The translations under genes and the position numbers were made by a program. A stretch of DNA of 55,027 bases from Podarcis melisellensis (Eukaryota). This document shows positions 25,801 through 39,663 of the stretch, in pieces (the stretch's first letter is position 1; the number at the start of each line of letters is the position of its first letter). The notes beneath the pieces are model-generated. The model did not search any database. It had not been told where the DNA came from and saw only the letters and a list, made by a program, of their open reading frames with translations. The stretch lies in the NCBI GenBank assembly GCA_964234715.1, contig OZ174280.1, one strand, 5' to 3'.

Positions 25801-26572
25801 GTTATGCTTTGGAGGCATTTATTTAATATTCAAAAACAGCTGTTTATTTTTAAAGATAGTTTGGGTGTGCACAGTAGTCTGTTCCCATTTCATGTTAACT
25901 AACAGCTGTTGATGTTTTTATTTCACAAGCTTTTTGTCCTGTTAATAGATAAATTGAAGAAGACCCAGCCAGATGTGTGGGGGTATAAATAAATAAATAA
26001 TAAAACAAAGTTTATGTTTTCACTTTCCATTTAGTGCCAGAACTATTGGATGTGTTCCCACTCTTGTATGGTTTGCATTTGATCATTGGTGACTAATTTG
26101 ATATTTGAACTATTGCTGAAAGACCCACTTATATTTTAGTGCTGTTTCATCTATGGCTGTTCTGAAATAGAGTATAACTTCTTCACTCACCCATTGATTT
26201 CAGTGGGTCTGCTCTGAGTATGACCTAGTTGGATACCACCCCATTTCTTCAAATTCAGCATAGGAATGGACTGGATTTTAAAACATAATTAATCAAAAGT
26301 TTCCAGTTCCTGTTGATGTTAAAGAAATGCTACATACATGCTGATATGTCATTAATGGTGGTTGGTTTTTTGTTTGTTTGTTTTTTTAAAGTTTGTTGGG
26401 AAATATCAGTCGGAATATTGATAATGAAAAACAAATTCACATACAGTATCTATGGTTCATGTCAGATCCACTGTGAAGGGGTATCATCTTCTCTGTGGTG
26501 GTATCTCATCTGTGGGATGCCTTCCCTTCAGAGGTACAGTTGCTTCCATTTCCATCTCTCTATTCATTCGCA

Positions 26573-27565
26573 GCAAACTATGGCAAGTTCTTAAAAAAAT
26601 GGGAGGGTCTGATCACCTCATCTGTCTCCTGAGAAATCTCTATGTGGAACAAGAAGCTACAGTTAGAACTGGATATGGAACAACAGATTGGTTCAAAATT
26701 GGGAAAAGAGTAAGACAAGGCTATATATTGTCTCCTTGCTTATTTAACTTATATGCAGAATTCTTCATGCGAAAGGCTGGACTGGATGAAACCAAACCAG
26801 AATTAAGATTGCTGGAAGAAACATCAAGAACTTCAGATATACAGATGACACAACTTTGATGGCAGAAAGTGAGGAGGAGGAATTAAAGAACCTCTTAATC
26901 AGGGTGAAAGAGGAGAGAGCAAAATATGGTTTGAAGCTCAACATCAAAAAAACTAAGATCATGGCCACTGGTCCCATCACCTCCTGGCAAATAGAAGGGG
27001 AAGAAATGGAGGCAGTGGGAGATTTTACTTTCTTGGGCTCCTTGATCACTGCAGATGGTAACAGCAGTCACGAAATTAAAAGATGCCTGCTTCTTGGGAG
27101 AATAGCGATTACAATCCTAGACAGCATCTTATAAAGCAGAGACATCACCTTACCAACAAAGGTCCGTATAGTTAAACTATGGTTTTCCTAGTAGTGATGT
27201 ATGGAAGTGAGAGCTGGACCATAAAGAAGGCGGATCACCAAAGTATTGATGCTTTTGAATTATGGTGCTGAAGGAGACTCTTGAGAGTCCCATGGACTAC
27301 AAGAAGATCAAACCTATCCATTCTTAAGGAAACTGGAAGGACAGATCCTGAAGCTGAGGCTCCAATACTTTGGCCACCTCATGAGATGAGAAGACTCCCT
27401 GGAAAAGACCCTGATGTTTGGAAAGATTGAGGGCACAAGGAGAAGGGGATGATAGAGGACGAGATGCTTGGACAGTGTTCTCGAAGCTATGAACATGAGT
27501 TTGACCAAACTGCGTGCTCTGGTTCATGGGGTCACAAAGAATCGGACACGACTAAACAACAACAA
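26573..27565 (+). mobile_element. BovB (RTE) LINE, 5'-truncated and decayed
   Basis: EQEATVRTGYGTTDWFKIGKRVRQGYILSPCLFNLYAE, RYTDDTTL, GLKLNIKKTKIMATGPITSWQIEGEEME; tail GGACACGACTAAACAACAACAA. Confidence 0.95.
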
Positions 27566-30500
27566 ATTCATTCAAAACTGATGTATGGTTATTGGATTAT
27601 AGCTTCAGGCTGGAAATATAAAGTCTCTTTTGCTGTTGAAAAAATTGTTTTTTAAACATGTAATTTAGTCGTCTATACCTTGTTTCAAAAGTTCTATTGC
27701 TTTTTAACTGTGTTTTAATGACAATGGTTTTATGGGTATTTGGGGTTTTTTAGCTGTTTTGTGGACTTCAGCTGTGCTTTAGCTACAATTCTATCATGTA
27801 CACTCCTGTATTAAATTTCATGGTTTATGTTTAATTTTTATGAATATGGTATGTCAAACATCCTGAGGTTGCTAAAATTTAACACTGGCTTGATTTAAAA
27901 ACAAATGCATAATCTTACCATATTTCAGATGAAGAGTGGCTGCCTTGAAATTTGGTTTCAGCTATAGTTGTGTACCATTGTTGTGACTGAGGGACCTTTC
28001 AGTGGATAGCAGAAGGCTCTGATGAGCTTGAGGCAGCTGTCCCAACTCTGACTCTCCTCCTCAGATCTCAAACTGTCAACATGACTGGAGGTATTAAAGG
28101 CTGTATTAACGAAGTCAGCACAGTATTCCAATGGGTCTACAGGTTACAAGCTAGTAAAGCACAGCAGAGCATGACAGTGCATGAGTAGACTTAGCTAAGA
28201 GGTTGATGCAACATTTGACATGCCCCCTTTTGAAGAGCAGGACAGGCACAGCTATTTGTGCAGTGGATGTCCCAAGCCTCAGGTCTGGATAAATAAATGG
28301 GTAGTCCTCCATCAAGGCTGGGCTTGTATGGTTTGTTTGTGGTGTCACCTCCATGTCCTTGGAGATGGAAGTGACGCTGACGGAGCTAACTTGCTGTCAG
28401 ACTTATCACCAGGTGCCTCCCCAGAAGGTGTTTCACTGACATGGAAAGGTGCCAGTTGGCTTAGTGGCCTGTGACATTGCACTTGGGGTGTCCTGTGTTG
28501 CGGGGTGCAGGCTGTTCTCTTGCTACCTTGCTAGGCCTCTTCCTTGGTTCTGGATCTCCACCTTCCAAGCTGTTGGGACCCTATCCTGGGCCAGAGTCCT
28601 TCTAGGGTCCCATATTTCCATCCCCCAACCTGCTAGGACCTTTCCCGAGATCAGACTTCTCTGAGCATCTCCCACTCCTTCTTGTCATCCCAACTGCCCT
28701 CTTTAAGGCATCGCTGTGGAACTCATGACAGCAACTTTCTCAAGTAGACCATTGCTACCACCCTGTGATTCAGAGGGTGGGTCCTCTGCAGTACTCCTGC
28801 CTCCCCAGCCTCACAGAACTCAAAAGCTACAAAATAAGGCAAGGGCTGTTTGGCTGATCAGCCAGCTGCTCCTGAAGCAGAGCTTACAGCACTTCCGGTC
28901 TGGTTAGGCTACATAACACTTTAGTTAACACTCCCTGCAGTTGTAGCATCTCCTGTGGCTGGTTTAGCAGGGCCATTTAGAGCTGTCCAAGGTCCTGTCT
29001 TCTTGACTGTCTTCCCTTGTGAGTCTTCAAGCTCACATGTTGCTGGGCACATGCATTTTCTAATGCATTTGTGCTAGCTCAAAATGTATCTAAGTTTTGC
29101 AATTTTGATTCTGTCAAAACTTCAGGGATATTGCAGAGGACCTATCTTTTCTGATTTGTTGGGGGGGGGATGCTGCATATCCCTAAAATTATGTTTCAAA
29201 TTTCCTGTTTTGATCAGTCATTTAGCTAAATGCAAATTGTTCAGCACATGAACAATTGGAGAGAACGTAACAATTTTTACAGCCAGTGTCACAATATCCA
29301 TGGTAACACTGCCAACAAACATGGTGCAGCATGGCAACAACAGCTTTATGGCTACAGCCTGTAGACAAAGTAGATTGGGGCTGAAAGAGTACAGGAAAGT
29401 GTGGATACATGGAGACAAAGTTGTTACACTGATGAAACTTTGGAAATTGAATTGTGGAAAAAAAAACATCATAGCTATTACTTCATGCACAAGTGAAATA
29501 AAAACACAACTGAGAATGTGCCCAACTGTCCCTCTGGCTCGGCAATTGAGGGGGAATGTTGGTATTAGTGGATGAACTGTTTCTTTCCAGCAACTTGTTC
29601 ACCATTGGTGAGCTTCCTCATTACAGAATGTTTGACAAGCAGGAAGTCTGTATGAGGGCTATTAAGAGAACATCTCATCCTCTGAATTTTAGAAATAGTA
29701 TGCATGGCTATTATTTTCACAGTTCTTGCACCCTTCTTCACTGGGTCCTCTATTTTTTATTGTAGCATTGAATGAGAAGAAGAGGGGCATCTGCTTTATT
29801 TATTCTTTCAAGACAGATGCTTGCAATAGGTTTGCATTAGATTGGGCAGTGTGCGGCGTTTGACTGCTTTCTTTGTACCCCTGCTGAGAATTGCAACATT
29901 TTTTGAACTGAGCACATACAATTTTGCAGTCAACTTGGCTAATTAGAAGTGTGCGCTATGTAATTCAGAGAGAGATTGCACATAATGCAGTGTGTATTAC
30001 TGCAGTGGCTTTTGCAGACTTTACCTATTATTTCAAATTGCTTGGCTAAATCCATAAAATAGTTTGAGAGATTCAATTCCTTCAAAGTAGTAAATAACAC
30101 TAAAACTGGTTTGGTAAGCAAATAACATTCCTCCAATTCAGAAAAATAACATAGCACACATCTCTTGGGCCTGTGCCTTGGCTTCCTGTTTGGTCTCTTG
30201 GTGCTAATGTCTTCAATATGTCACTGGCAGCCATGACTGATGGGACATTTGTGACTTGCCATGTCCAAGTGAAACTCTAGGGAATGGAAAAGAACAATTT
30301 TTCTTATTTTTATCTTATTTTATAAGCAATAAAATGTGTTTTCACAGCAGCCCTTTTTATTTCATTTTTAGCCTAGTTGTTGTGAATATGAATAATGAAT
30401 TTCAGTTTAATTTCCTGATTTAAAGTGATGGACTTAATGACACTGAGGCTGCATCACATTAAATTTGAATTCCTTCCTAAATAATGTTACAGACCTCGTA

Positions 30501-32985
30501 AGTTCACCCCATGTAAGCAGCTCCCGTTTAAGACTGATCTTGCATTCGTTGTTGGAATGCTGTTGAAAGTGGCATTCAAGTAGTGAATGCTGTACATACC
30601 ACATTTAAAATTAGAAGTTCTTGCCTTGTGGATAGGAACCCACACATTGTGAGCATCCCCACTGCCATCTGCAGCTTCCAGGGTTGGGAAATGGTTGCTG
30701 GTGGTATCGGCATGCATGCAAAATAATAGCTGCCTTCCACAGGGCAATCCTTTAACATTGCAATGGGATGGGACTATGTGTGTGTCCATATACCCTTTGT
30801 GAAGCAAAGTCTGCAGCTGACACCTGCAATCTGCCTTTCCTATCCTCCCTCTGTCAGTGACATAATGCTAATTCGGTTTTAAATGTTTGAAAGCATCTTC
30901 CTCTTTCTATGAGTGCAGATGTGGCATGCACCAAAGCACCCAGTACTTAGCTAAAACTCCCAACTTTGATCTGCATCAGGGACAGTGGGAAATCTTCCCT
31001 GGCCAAAGTCCACCCCATCTAGATGTGATTGCTTCTGCAGTAAATTTCAAAGTCAGCTTCCACATTGACCAGAGAGTTTCCAGTATGAGGTAGGTTTTTG
31101 TGTGTGCCAGACACAGCCAGCTTGTCTTCAATTTGAAAATGCCTTGAGCAACAAATGAACTTTGGGAATCAAATAAGTTTAAAGGACCCTGTCTAGATTA
31201 ATACATTGTCTGACAATGAAGTAAAGAGCTTAAGATACAGTGGATGAGATTCAGAGATGCTTTTCTGCAAATAGACCTTTTCCACAAGCAGAAGAGCATT
31301 TCCCGACCTCACACATGTGAAAAATAAACTAAGGGAGGAAATCAATGTAGCACTATGGCAATTGTCCCATCGGTGCAAGCATTTTTGCTTGCCAGATAGA
31401 ACGATTCCCTACTCTTCCACCCTTGTGCTATTTTGGGGGTTCTCTTGACCTCCCCAGAGCCAATGTTGGGGGCATGCGGGACTTGCTAGTTGAATCTGGC
31501 CCTGAAAGTCCATAGTGTGTGAGGTCTTCCACTGACTCTTGTGCAACAGTTTACAGAACAATAGCACTGCCAGTATTTCTTCTTCTGGAATACATCTGGA
31601 TCCAACTCTCTCTCTCTCTCTGTTTGTGTGTGTTTGTGATGCCAATTTTAGAAGTTCCTTCCTTCCCTTATTTTCAGTGTTGTCAAACCCTTGATTTCCC
31701 TAAATAAATTCAACATTACTATTTAGCTGTAACCATGTGGCATGGATATTTCATGCTCAGTACACCTATGCTGGTGTTGTAGCTATATACTGCTTGAACT
31801 TTTGGCTCTTATATAGGTATATCCAGGCATATTTAGTGTCATGTTTCTTGTGGACTCCAGAAAAGAACTGGGGAGTTAAGCAGGATGTTAAGGAATCACT
31901 CTGCACCCCCAATTTGCCACAGTGGCTTGCTGCCTCAACACTCACTTTCTATGTCTTTACGGGAGCAGATATTGAGAGAGAAGGGAATGTACATGCAAAT
32001 CTGCACAGTAATTTGTGGCATGAGCATTGGAAATATTTCCGTGTTGACTGAAAACAGTGTTGTGGTTCACCCAGGCTTTTATGGGGATTGATTTGTATGA
32101 TCTGAGAGCTTATTCTTTTTTGGACTGCTAAGGGATTAAAGCTCCCTACCCTACCATTGTCCAGATCTGACTAAGCACCAGTTCACTTGCTGTTTACTAA
32201 ATAGAACCCACCCAACCCCCGGACAAATTTTTAACAAATAGCCACATCTAAATTTGCAGAATCCATTTGGGTTACTTGAATTAATTGTTTGCTATGGATC
32301 TGAGATAGCTAAATTTTTCATTTCCTCAGAAGGAGTATCTTCTAAGGTTATTGTAAGATGCATCATAATTATGGTTTGCTAATAGTGAAAGAGAATATGA
32401 AGCAAGGATCCCTGGACGGCACTTTGAGGTCCCAACAATCAGCTGATTATCATGGCATCAAAGCACTCTTTGCAAGAAGCTTCTAAAAAGCCCTTCATGG
32501 TGTTCTGAAGCTCAGATGAGCAAGACTTTAAAGCTCCGTGCAAGGCTCTTTGGAAACCCTTTGTAAAGAGCTCTGCACTGTGCTTTGATGCGCCAGGTGC
32601 ACCAACCTGGCCACCTTTTTACCTGCCTACACCTGATGTCATGTATGAGGTCGAGTGATTGGTAGGTGGATGTAGCTTAGCCAAAATGGCCTAATGTGCA
32701 AAATGTGGAGGCCTTGTGGGCCTAGTTAGACCCACTAGGTCAGAGATTCCCTGTCCCAGATGTATGGGAAGGACAATTTATAAACTCTTGAAGCTGACTT
32801 TAACTGGTTGCAGCTGCTGTCGTGCTAATAACTTAAGGAGTAGTTTTCCTATAAAGGTACATCACATTCTGGCTTTGGCTTTTAAGCAGACAAAGCTATT
32901 TCGGTTTAGTAAATGTTGATAATATATACTACAGGCTGCAGAAGAAATGGATACTGTTTACTTTTACAGAAGAGGTTGAGATATA

Positions 32986-33202
32986 CAGTGTTACCTCTGG
33001 TTACATACTTAATTTGTTCCGGCAGTCCATTCTTAATCTGAAACTGTTCTTATCCTGAGGTGCGCTTTTGCTAACGGCGCCTCCCACTGCGCGCGTGGCT
33101 GCTGCTCACATCCTGGGGCAAAGTTCACAACCAGGAGCAACTACTTCCAGGTTAGCGGAGCTCATAACCCAAAGCGTGCGTAACCAGAAGCGTTCGTTAC
33201 TG
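32986..33202. mobile_element. Tigger-like MITE, copy 3 (more diverged)
   Basis: TA|CAGTGTTACCTC...ACTG|TA; interior similar to copies 1 and 2; right TIR partly deleted. Confidence 0.75.
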
Positions 33203-34254
33203 TAGGACTGGGAAAGAGCACCTTCAAATCCTACAATGGTCTGACTGAGTAGAAGGCAGCTTCCTATGTTCCTTATTCTGGTGAGAAGACAATTCTACCC
33301 ATATTCTGTTTTATTTTCTTTCTGTTTCACATGCTATTAAATAACTGGAGCGTTATATAAAATGTAGACTTCTAATGTGGGGGGACAGGACTCTTGCACA
33401 ATGTATGGCGTTTTTCATTTACTTAAATGGAAAGAGCAGATCTGTGCTTCAAAAAGAATGCGCAAATAGCTCTGCTCTCTCTCAACTGAAATGAATGGTG
33501 GGTGTCTAGTCAGTGCTGTGTGTGCGTTGGGGCTCTCAAGGCCATAGAAAAATGAATGGAAAGGCTAAATATATGTGAGTTCTGTTGACTTTTTCTAAGA
33601 TGCATTGCTTGTGTTTTTCTGCTATATCATTGGCTGCATGTTATAACCACAATGGCTTCTATATTGGTGTTATTCTCAAATGCACAATAGCAGTTATAAC
33701 CACTCCTTTTAAATTGCTGTAATGCTTGACCATGTAAACTTCCTTGTTGGGAGAATAACTAAACTTGTTACAGTTCAAATGCAGAACTGCTGTTACCATA
33801 GCTGAAAGCATCAACTCCTCTGACAAAATGCCTTTGAATTCTAGGTTTCTTTATTTTTCCACAAATGTACAGGATCTCTAAGAACTGCAATTTTAGTAAC
33901 ACAGAAATCCTAATTAGGCAGTGGGGGTGGGAGAAGAGATAAGTGGCAAGTCAATCCATCACTTCCAAAGTGCTGCTGGTTCACTTTGGGAGGGAGGTGT
34001 ATTTTATTTTTATTTTTTTAAAAACCCCACATTTCATTGCTTTCAGTGGGAGGGGGAATTCCTATAAGTATAGGAGCTCAGAACTAGCAAGCAATGGACT
34101 TTGGATCCAGCAGATCCAAGGCTGTCCTTCTCAGTCAGCCTTAAGTAGGAGTTGGTTTGCTGTGTCGTAAATATTCTTTATTCTTCTATAAATGCCAGTG
34201 TGACATTATTTCCCCCTGATTGTTTTTGCCCTCAGATCTGCTGTTTAGACCAAG

Positions 34255-34294
34255 ATGAACTGGTATAATATTTTGACTGGATTTCTACAGCTGA
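34255..34294 (+). CDS. LEPR: Leptin receptor coding exon 1 (exon 34236-34294), signal peptide start MNWYNILTGFLQL
   Basis: Polypyrimidine tract plus CAG acceptor, AAGATG start, 40 coding nt then GTAAGT. Same phase-1 layout as the human ATG exon and in frame with the next exon. Confidence 0.85.
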
Positions 34295-35812
34295 GTAAGT
34301 TGCCGGCTACTCTTTCTAAACAACAGCATAAGAAAATAATCTTAGAAGATGCTAGTCGTCTATTTGGTGCACTTCTTACTTGGCCAGTGTCCCTGAATTT
34401 CTCTGTATCTTTGAGGGATTTGATGCTAGAATTAGTAACAGATTGGCAGACGAATATTATAGCTCAAATCATATCAGAGGAAACATTTTTGTGATGAAAT
34501 CGTTCTAGATAATGTAATAATATAGCAAGCCAAGCATACAGTTGCAATCAAAATTATTCAAAAAACCCCCACCTGGTTGCAAATTTTATAATTTGACCAC
34601 ATACACAGGTGCATGTTCAAAAGATAGGGAACACTATATATTATCTCAACATTAGCAACATGATTCTGTTCTGTTGATTTCTTACAAAATATACATAATA
34701 TATGGTCAGAATTGCCATCTTAAAGTTAATAGCCACTAGGCTTTTATATATCGCCTTCACGTGTCGAACCAATGTGTGGGGCTGTGCTGGCTAACACCAC
34801 CAACAATGTTGCATGTGCTCACTAGCAGTTGTTGCTGTCATCCATACATGCTTCTGCAGCAGGGAGCCTTTGTGTGTTCAGCTGTGTGGATGAAGGTTAC
34901 CACGTGATCTGGAATCCTGTTTAAACACGTGGTAATGATTTGGTTGTTTAATTAAAAGCATTTCTAAACTGTTCAATATTTAAAGATATCTGCGTAGTGG
35001 ACAGAATTACAACATGAAAACAACAAAACAGTATCATAAAAACAGTGATACAACACAGAGAGCAGGAATTCAGTGACTGCAGGGTCCAGTCTTATGGGGC
35101 AAGGCCTAGGCATAAAAGATATGAAGAAGATGAGTGATGCTTTGTTTACTGTAAGAGGAAAGGACATTTAACTGTGCAGGGGGTTCCAGGTCACATGGAA
35201 GGCCCCCTCCCTGCACATATTTGTGCTGTCCCCTCGAGCTCCAGGGGGAAGGGCTGCACATTGCCTGTAATGTTGTGGGCGGGGCTAATAGTTGTCACTC
35301 CTCATACACTGATCTACTGCACGAGGCCTTTATACGTACAGAGACATACTTTTGCAAAGTAAGCACAAGTGGTTTTAGGCAGTGGGGGTGACCAGTATCA
35401 AGACAAAAAAACACCAGTTGCGAAATTTAAAAACTTGACAATATAAAACAATGTAAATAATAATAATAATAATAATTTGTACTCCTGAATTTTGTAACTA
35501 AATTTTACTAAATATAAATATGCTGTTCTATAATACATTCGTTTATAATATATACCCTTCCTTGCTGAAGATGTTTTGTTCATGAGTAATGACAGAATAA
35601 AATAATGGGGTGGTGGGGAACCCAGAATTAAGCTGGTGGCCAAAAAATTATTTAAGTATCAGTGAATATATTTCTGTGATTTTATGCATCTCTTTGGAAG
35701 TGTGCGTTCAGTAATTTTGCCCAGAATTTGTTTTATCTTGTGCTAATAAATGTTCTAGCTCTCAGTTATATGAGGTATTCAGACTAATCCTTTTCCCTCC
35801 CTGTACCCTCAG

Positions 35813-36121
35813 ATTTTCTTCGAATGGTAATTTCCTATTGCATGGTATATCAGATTCCTCCACAGAGCTTTCAGCTACCATGTGTGCCATCAGAGAAGAC
35901 TTCTAACATTTCTTTGCCCGCTGGAATTGCAGAGAATGGTCCTAGCATAAATGAGGAACACGGTACAATTAAAGCCAATGGCACATCACTGGTGACTGAA
36001 GATCATTTCCTATGTTGCCAGTGGAGTGATACACATATTAACTGTTTTGTATATACTTCAGAAATGGAAATCAAGGCATTTACGTACTCGGAAAGCGGTG
36101 CTTTTACATCTCAACAAATAG
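35813..36121 (+). CDS. LEPR: Leptin receptor coding exon 2 (N-terminal domain)
   Basis: AG/GT bounded, 309 bp; FLRMVISYCMVYQIPPQSFQLPC...FLCCQWSD...SQQI resembles avian and mammalian LEPR. Confidence 0.92.
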
Positions 36122-36169
36122 GTATGCTTGGTATGCAATCATTATTATTATTGTAGAAAATCATTGTTA

Positions 36170-36715
36170 TTATTGTTGTTGTTTTGTATACAGCCCTTCT
36201 TCCATATTTCTTCCATGGCGGTTCAAAACATAAAAATACAAAATAAAAACCACAAAATACATAATAAAAGCAATCAAACTAATAACCTCCACCCCTTCCC
36301 ACAAACACATTTAAAAGGGTATAGGACAGGGGTAGGCAACCTAAGGCCCATGGGCTGGATGCGGTCCAATCACCTTCTCAATCTGGACCACGAATCAGTG
36401 TATTTTTACATGAGTAGAATGTGTCCTTTTATTTAAAATGCATCTCTGGGTTATTTGTGGGGCATAGGAATTTGTTCACCCCCCCAAATATAGTCCAGCC
36501 CACCACATGGTCTGAGGGACAGTAGACCGGCCCATGGCTGAAAAAGGTTGCTGACCCCTGGCATAGGATGTTAATCAGCCAAAGGCCTGGTTGAAGAGTA
36601 ATGTTTTTGCCTGGCACCTGAAGGTGTGTAGGTGTGTAAGTGAAGGTACCAACCAACCCCGCCCCCCCCCCGAGAGAACATTCCACAAACAGGGAGCCAC
36701 TGCAGAAAATGTAAG
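36170..36715 (-). mobile_element. L2 3' fragment interrupted by a hAT MITE
   Basis: Minus strand FSAVAPCLWNVL...FRCQAKTLLFNQAF; the same tail occurs uninterrupted at ~53400-53573. Confidence 0.75.
36327..36560. mobile_element. hAT/Charlie-like MITE
   Basis: TIRs CAGGGGTAGGCAAC / GTTGCTGACCCCTG; 8-bp TSD GTATAGGA / GCATAGGA. Confidence 0.88.
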
Positions 36716-36901
36716 AGGATGTTTTGAATTTATTGGTATTGGTACCAGTAAAAGAATTAAGATCGCCCCATAATTTAAGAACACTTGATTATTTAATTGG
36801 GATTGGAAACTTTCTTAGAAATGTGTTCTCTCCGGTACATGGTATTTCAGTGGTTTTGGCTTGCAATGAAGTTCTGAAAAATATGTAAATTTTCCATTTA
36901 G

Positions 36902-37025
36902 ATTCAATATGGAATCTACAGTTTTGGTCTAAAGAAAGCACAGAGGAGTTATTTTGTCTTGTGGAGTTATCTACTAAATCACCATACCTGCATGAAGACC
37001 TTTCAGTGAATCTGTTGTACACATT
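36902..37025 (+). CDS. LEPR: Leptin receptor coding exon 3
   Basis: TAG acceptor and GTAAG donor, 124 bp; DSIWNLQFWSKESTEELFCLVE...VNLLYTL. Confidence 0.9.
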
Positions 37026-37251
37026 GTAAGTATAATCTATGTCAAATGTGAAATTTATGTAGTTTACAATTTTCAGGATATTTTTTTAAATTCTGCTTTA
37101 CTTTTTTTAATACTAGTGGTGGTAATGGGTTTGAGAGAGGAGTATAGGAAATTATCAGCTGCCCCTATATACCAAACTTTAAAATCAAATTGTTACCATT
37201 GGGATTTCCCCCTGCCCTGCTCTATCTTTGTCCTTTTATGAAACTGCTACT

Positions 37252-37355
37252 AACATGAGTTTGACCAAACTGCGGGAGGCAATGGAAGACAGGAGTGCCT
37301 GGCATGCTCTTGTCCATGGGGTCACGAAGAGTCAGAAATGACTAAACAACAACAA
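37252..37355 (+). mobile_element. Short BovB 3' fragment
   Basis: Matches the 3' ends of the other two BovB copies; (CAA)n tail. Confidence 0.85.
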
Positions 37356-39354
37356 AGCATTTTATTTAGATCAGAGGTCTCTTCTGTCAATATACTTATT
37401 GTGCAATATTTCATGGTTTGGCCATAAAGGGTGAACTTAGTCTGCCTCATCATGTTGACATCAGATACTTTATATTTCTTCAGTTACTGTTGGCATGTTT
37501 TCCAGCAGTACCCTTCACGCAGCCCCTTTGGAATTTTTTATTGCTATTCCATGTGTTCTTTTGAATAGTTAGATGTTTTGCTTACATGACCTGGTGTCCT
37601 TTATGTTAAATGCAAAATTTAGTCATAAAAGTGTATGTTTGGTTAACTTTGATGATAGCATTGATCTAAGCATGTTGCTTTTCATATGAATGGTACACAT
37701 TTCTGTTAGGACTTGTAGAAGGACTACCGGTATGTTCTTCTCAGCTACAAACACAACATCAGACACTCATGATACTATAGTAAATCTTTGTCTCCTATAA
37801 TGTAAACTTACTGTGCAAAAACATATAACACAGGATCCAGCATGTTTCCAGTCTTTCCCAATCTCCTATCGTAAGAATACTACAATTGTTGATATGGGCT
37901 GCCCATATTTTATGAAAGCACTGGCTTCTCTGTAAATATGTAATAGCTATTACAGCCTTGGACATTCACCTCTGTGGGGAACAGTGAGCTGAGTATATTC
38001 TACTGAAGGCTGCACTGAGACCTATTGATCTCAGTGGAACTTATTTCTGAGTTAGAATAGAATTGGCTGAAAAATGTATCAGCAAGTAGATTCAAACATC
38101 ACATCCCGCATCATATTTATAGAATACAACATGCTCTCTCAAACATTGCTATGTTAACTGCAGAGAAAAATAATTATAATGTGCCTCCTTTTTAAACAGA
38201 GTGACTCTAACTTTCTTGTGCCGCAACAAGGGTTCTAAAATCAGTCTGTCAAACTAAGGGGAAACCAAGGATTATTTCTTGGAATTTGGTGGTGGAATTA
38301 GGCTGCATGCAGAGTGAGGAGTTCTTGTTCCAGAGTCTTTTGGGTATCTGAATGTTGACTGCAATGCAAGCAGTGTAAGAATTTATTGGGATATAAATCT
38401 ACTGAGAAAAATAGCTGCGTTAATTTTGCTCAAACTTTTGAATAGCTGTCCATGATTTATGATATCTCTTAACAGACAGCTTAACAGACATATATAGCCA
38501 GGATGCAGTCACAAGTACCCTCATAACCATCAAATATGCAGATGCAGCCAGGCAGTTTCTAACTCTGGCCAAGAACATCTCCTTCGCTGTTCAGTAGGAT
38601 GAGCATATTTCCTAAACAACCAATTCATATAATGAACTTTTCTTCAGAAATTTGATATCTAACTCTCATTTCTACCTTTTGGCAATATGAACATATGTCT
38701 TCTTACATTGATCTCTATGGTAGCTGAAAATTAATTACTGAAAGGCTGTTTAAACTCCCAATATACTCAGTTATTTCAAATGCTTCCCTTAAAAAAATAC
38801 TCAAAACATATTTTCCTCAGATGATTTTAGAGTACAATATTTTTTTGGCAAAACTCTAATATGAATAATAGGCAACAATGAAACCTTGCCAAATGCTTTT
38901 TTTAAAACAACAACATTTTTCTTGAGTGCTTCAAAGAATTTTCCATCACATTACAATGCAACTGTAACATATAAAAAAGAGAGAATACAGAACAGTGGCC
39001 AATGAATACCACAGCTGGTTTCTCTTAGAACTACAGAAGGAAATGGCAAGTGGAACAATGCTGACTTTCCACTTTCAACTAGTGTAGTGTAAGCTGAAGC
39101 CAAACCATAAAGAGTATATATTTTTTCACTCTGTTTATCCGAAGTGTGGTCCAGGAAAACATTAATTTTACAACTTTAAAAATAAAGTTCTGCAGTTTCA
39201 TGCCAGTTTCAAGAACTAACCTTTCATGTTGCAAAACTAAGGGAAATATTCTTTGCTGCTGTGAGCTTTTGTCATTATCTCCTCACATTTGTGAACTGTA
39301 AGCACCAACCGAAAAGACCAATAAAGTTTGTGATTGTCTCATAGTAAGCTTGCA

Positions 39355-39663
39355 AGAAGATCAAACCTATCCATTCTTAAGGAAACCAGCCCTGAGTGCT
39401 CGCTGGAAGGACAGATCCTGAAGCTGAGGCTCCAATACTCTGGCCACCTCATGAGAAGAGAAGACTCCCTGGAAAAGACCCTGATGTTGGGAAACAGGGG
39501 GACGACATAGAAGGGGACGACAGAGGATGAGATGGTTGGATAGTGTTCTTGAAGCTACCAGCATGAGTTTGACCAAACTGCAGGAGGCAGGAGTGCCTGG
39601 CGTGCTCTGGTCCATGGAGTCACGAGGAGTCGAACACGACTAAATGACTAAACAACAACAACA
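39355..39663 (+). mobile_element. BovB 3' fragment
   Basis: Highly similar to 27300-27565; 9-bp TSD AAGCTTGCA (39346-39354, 39664-39672). Confidence 0.92.

Noticed and set aside
27979-28918. Possible old LTR (TGTTGTG...CATAACA)
   Set aside because: No TSD or second copy; boundaries unsupported.
33943-34170. PHFIA...ELA resemblance to LEPROT exon 3
   Set aside because: Short match with wrong spacing, no splice sites, and only ~150 bp before the LEPR ATG exon; probably chance.
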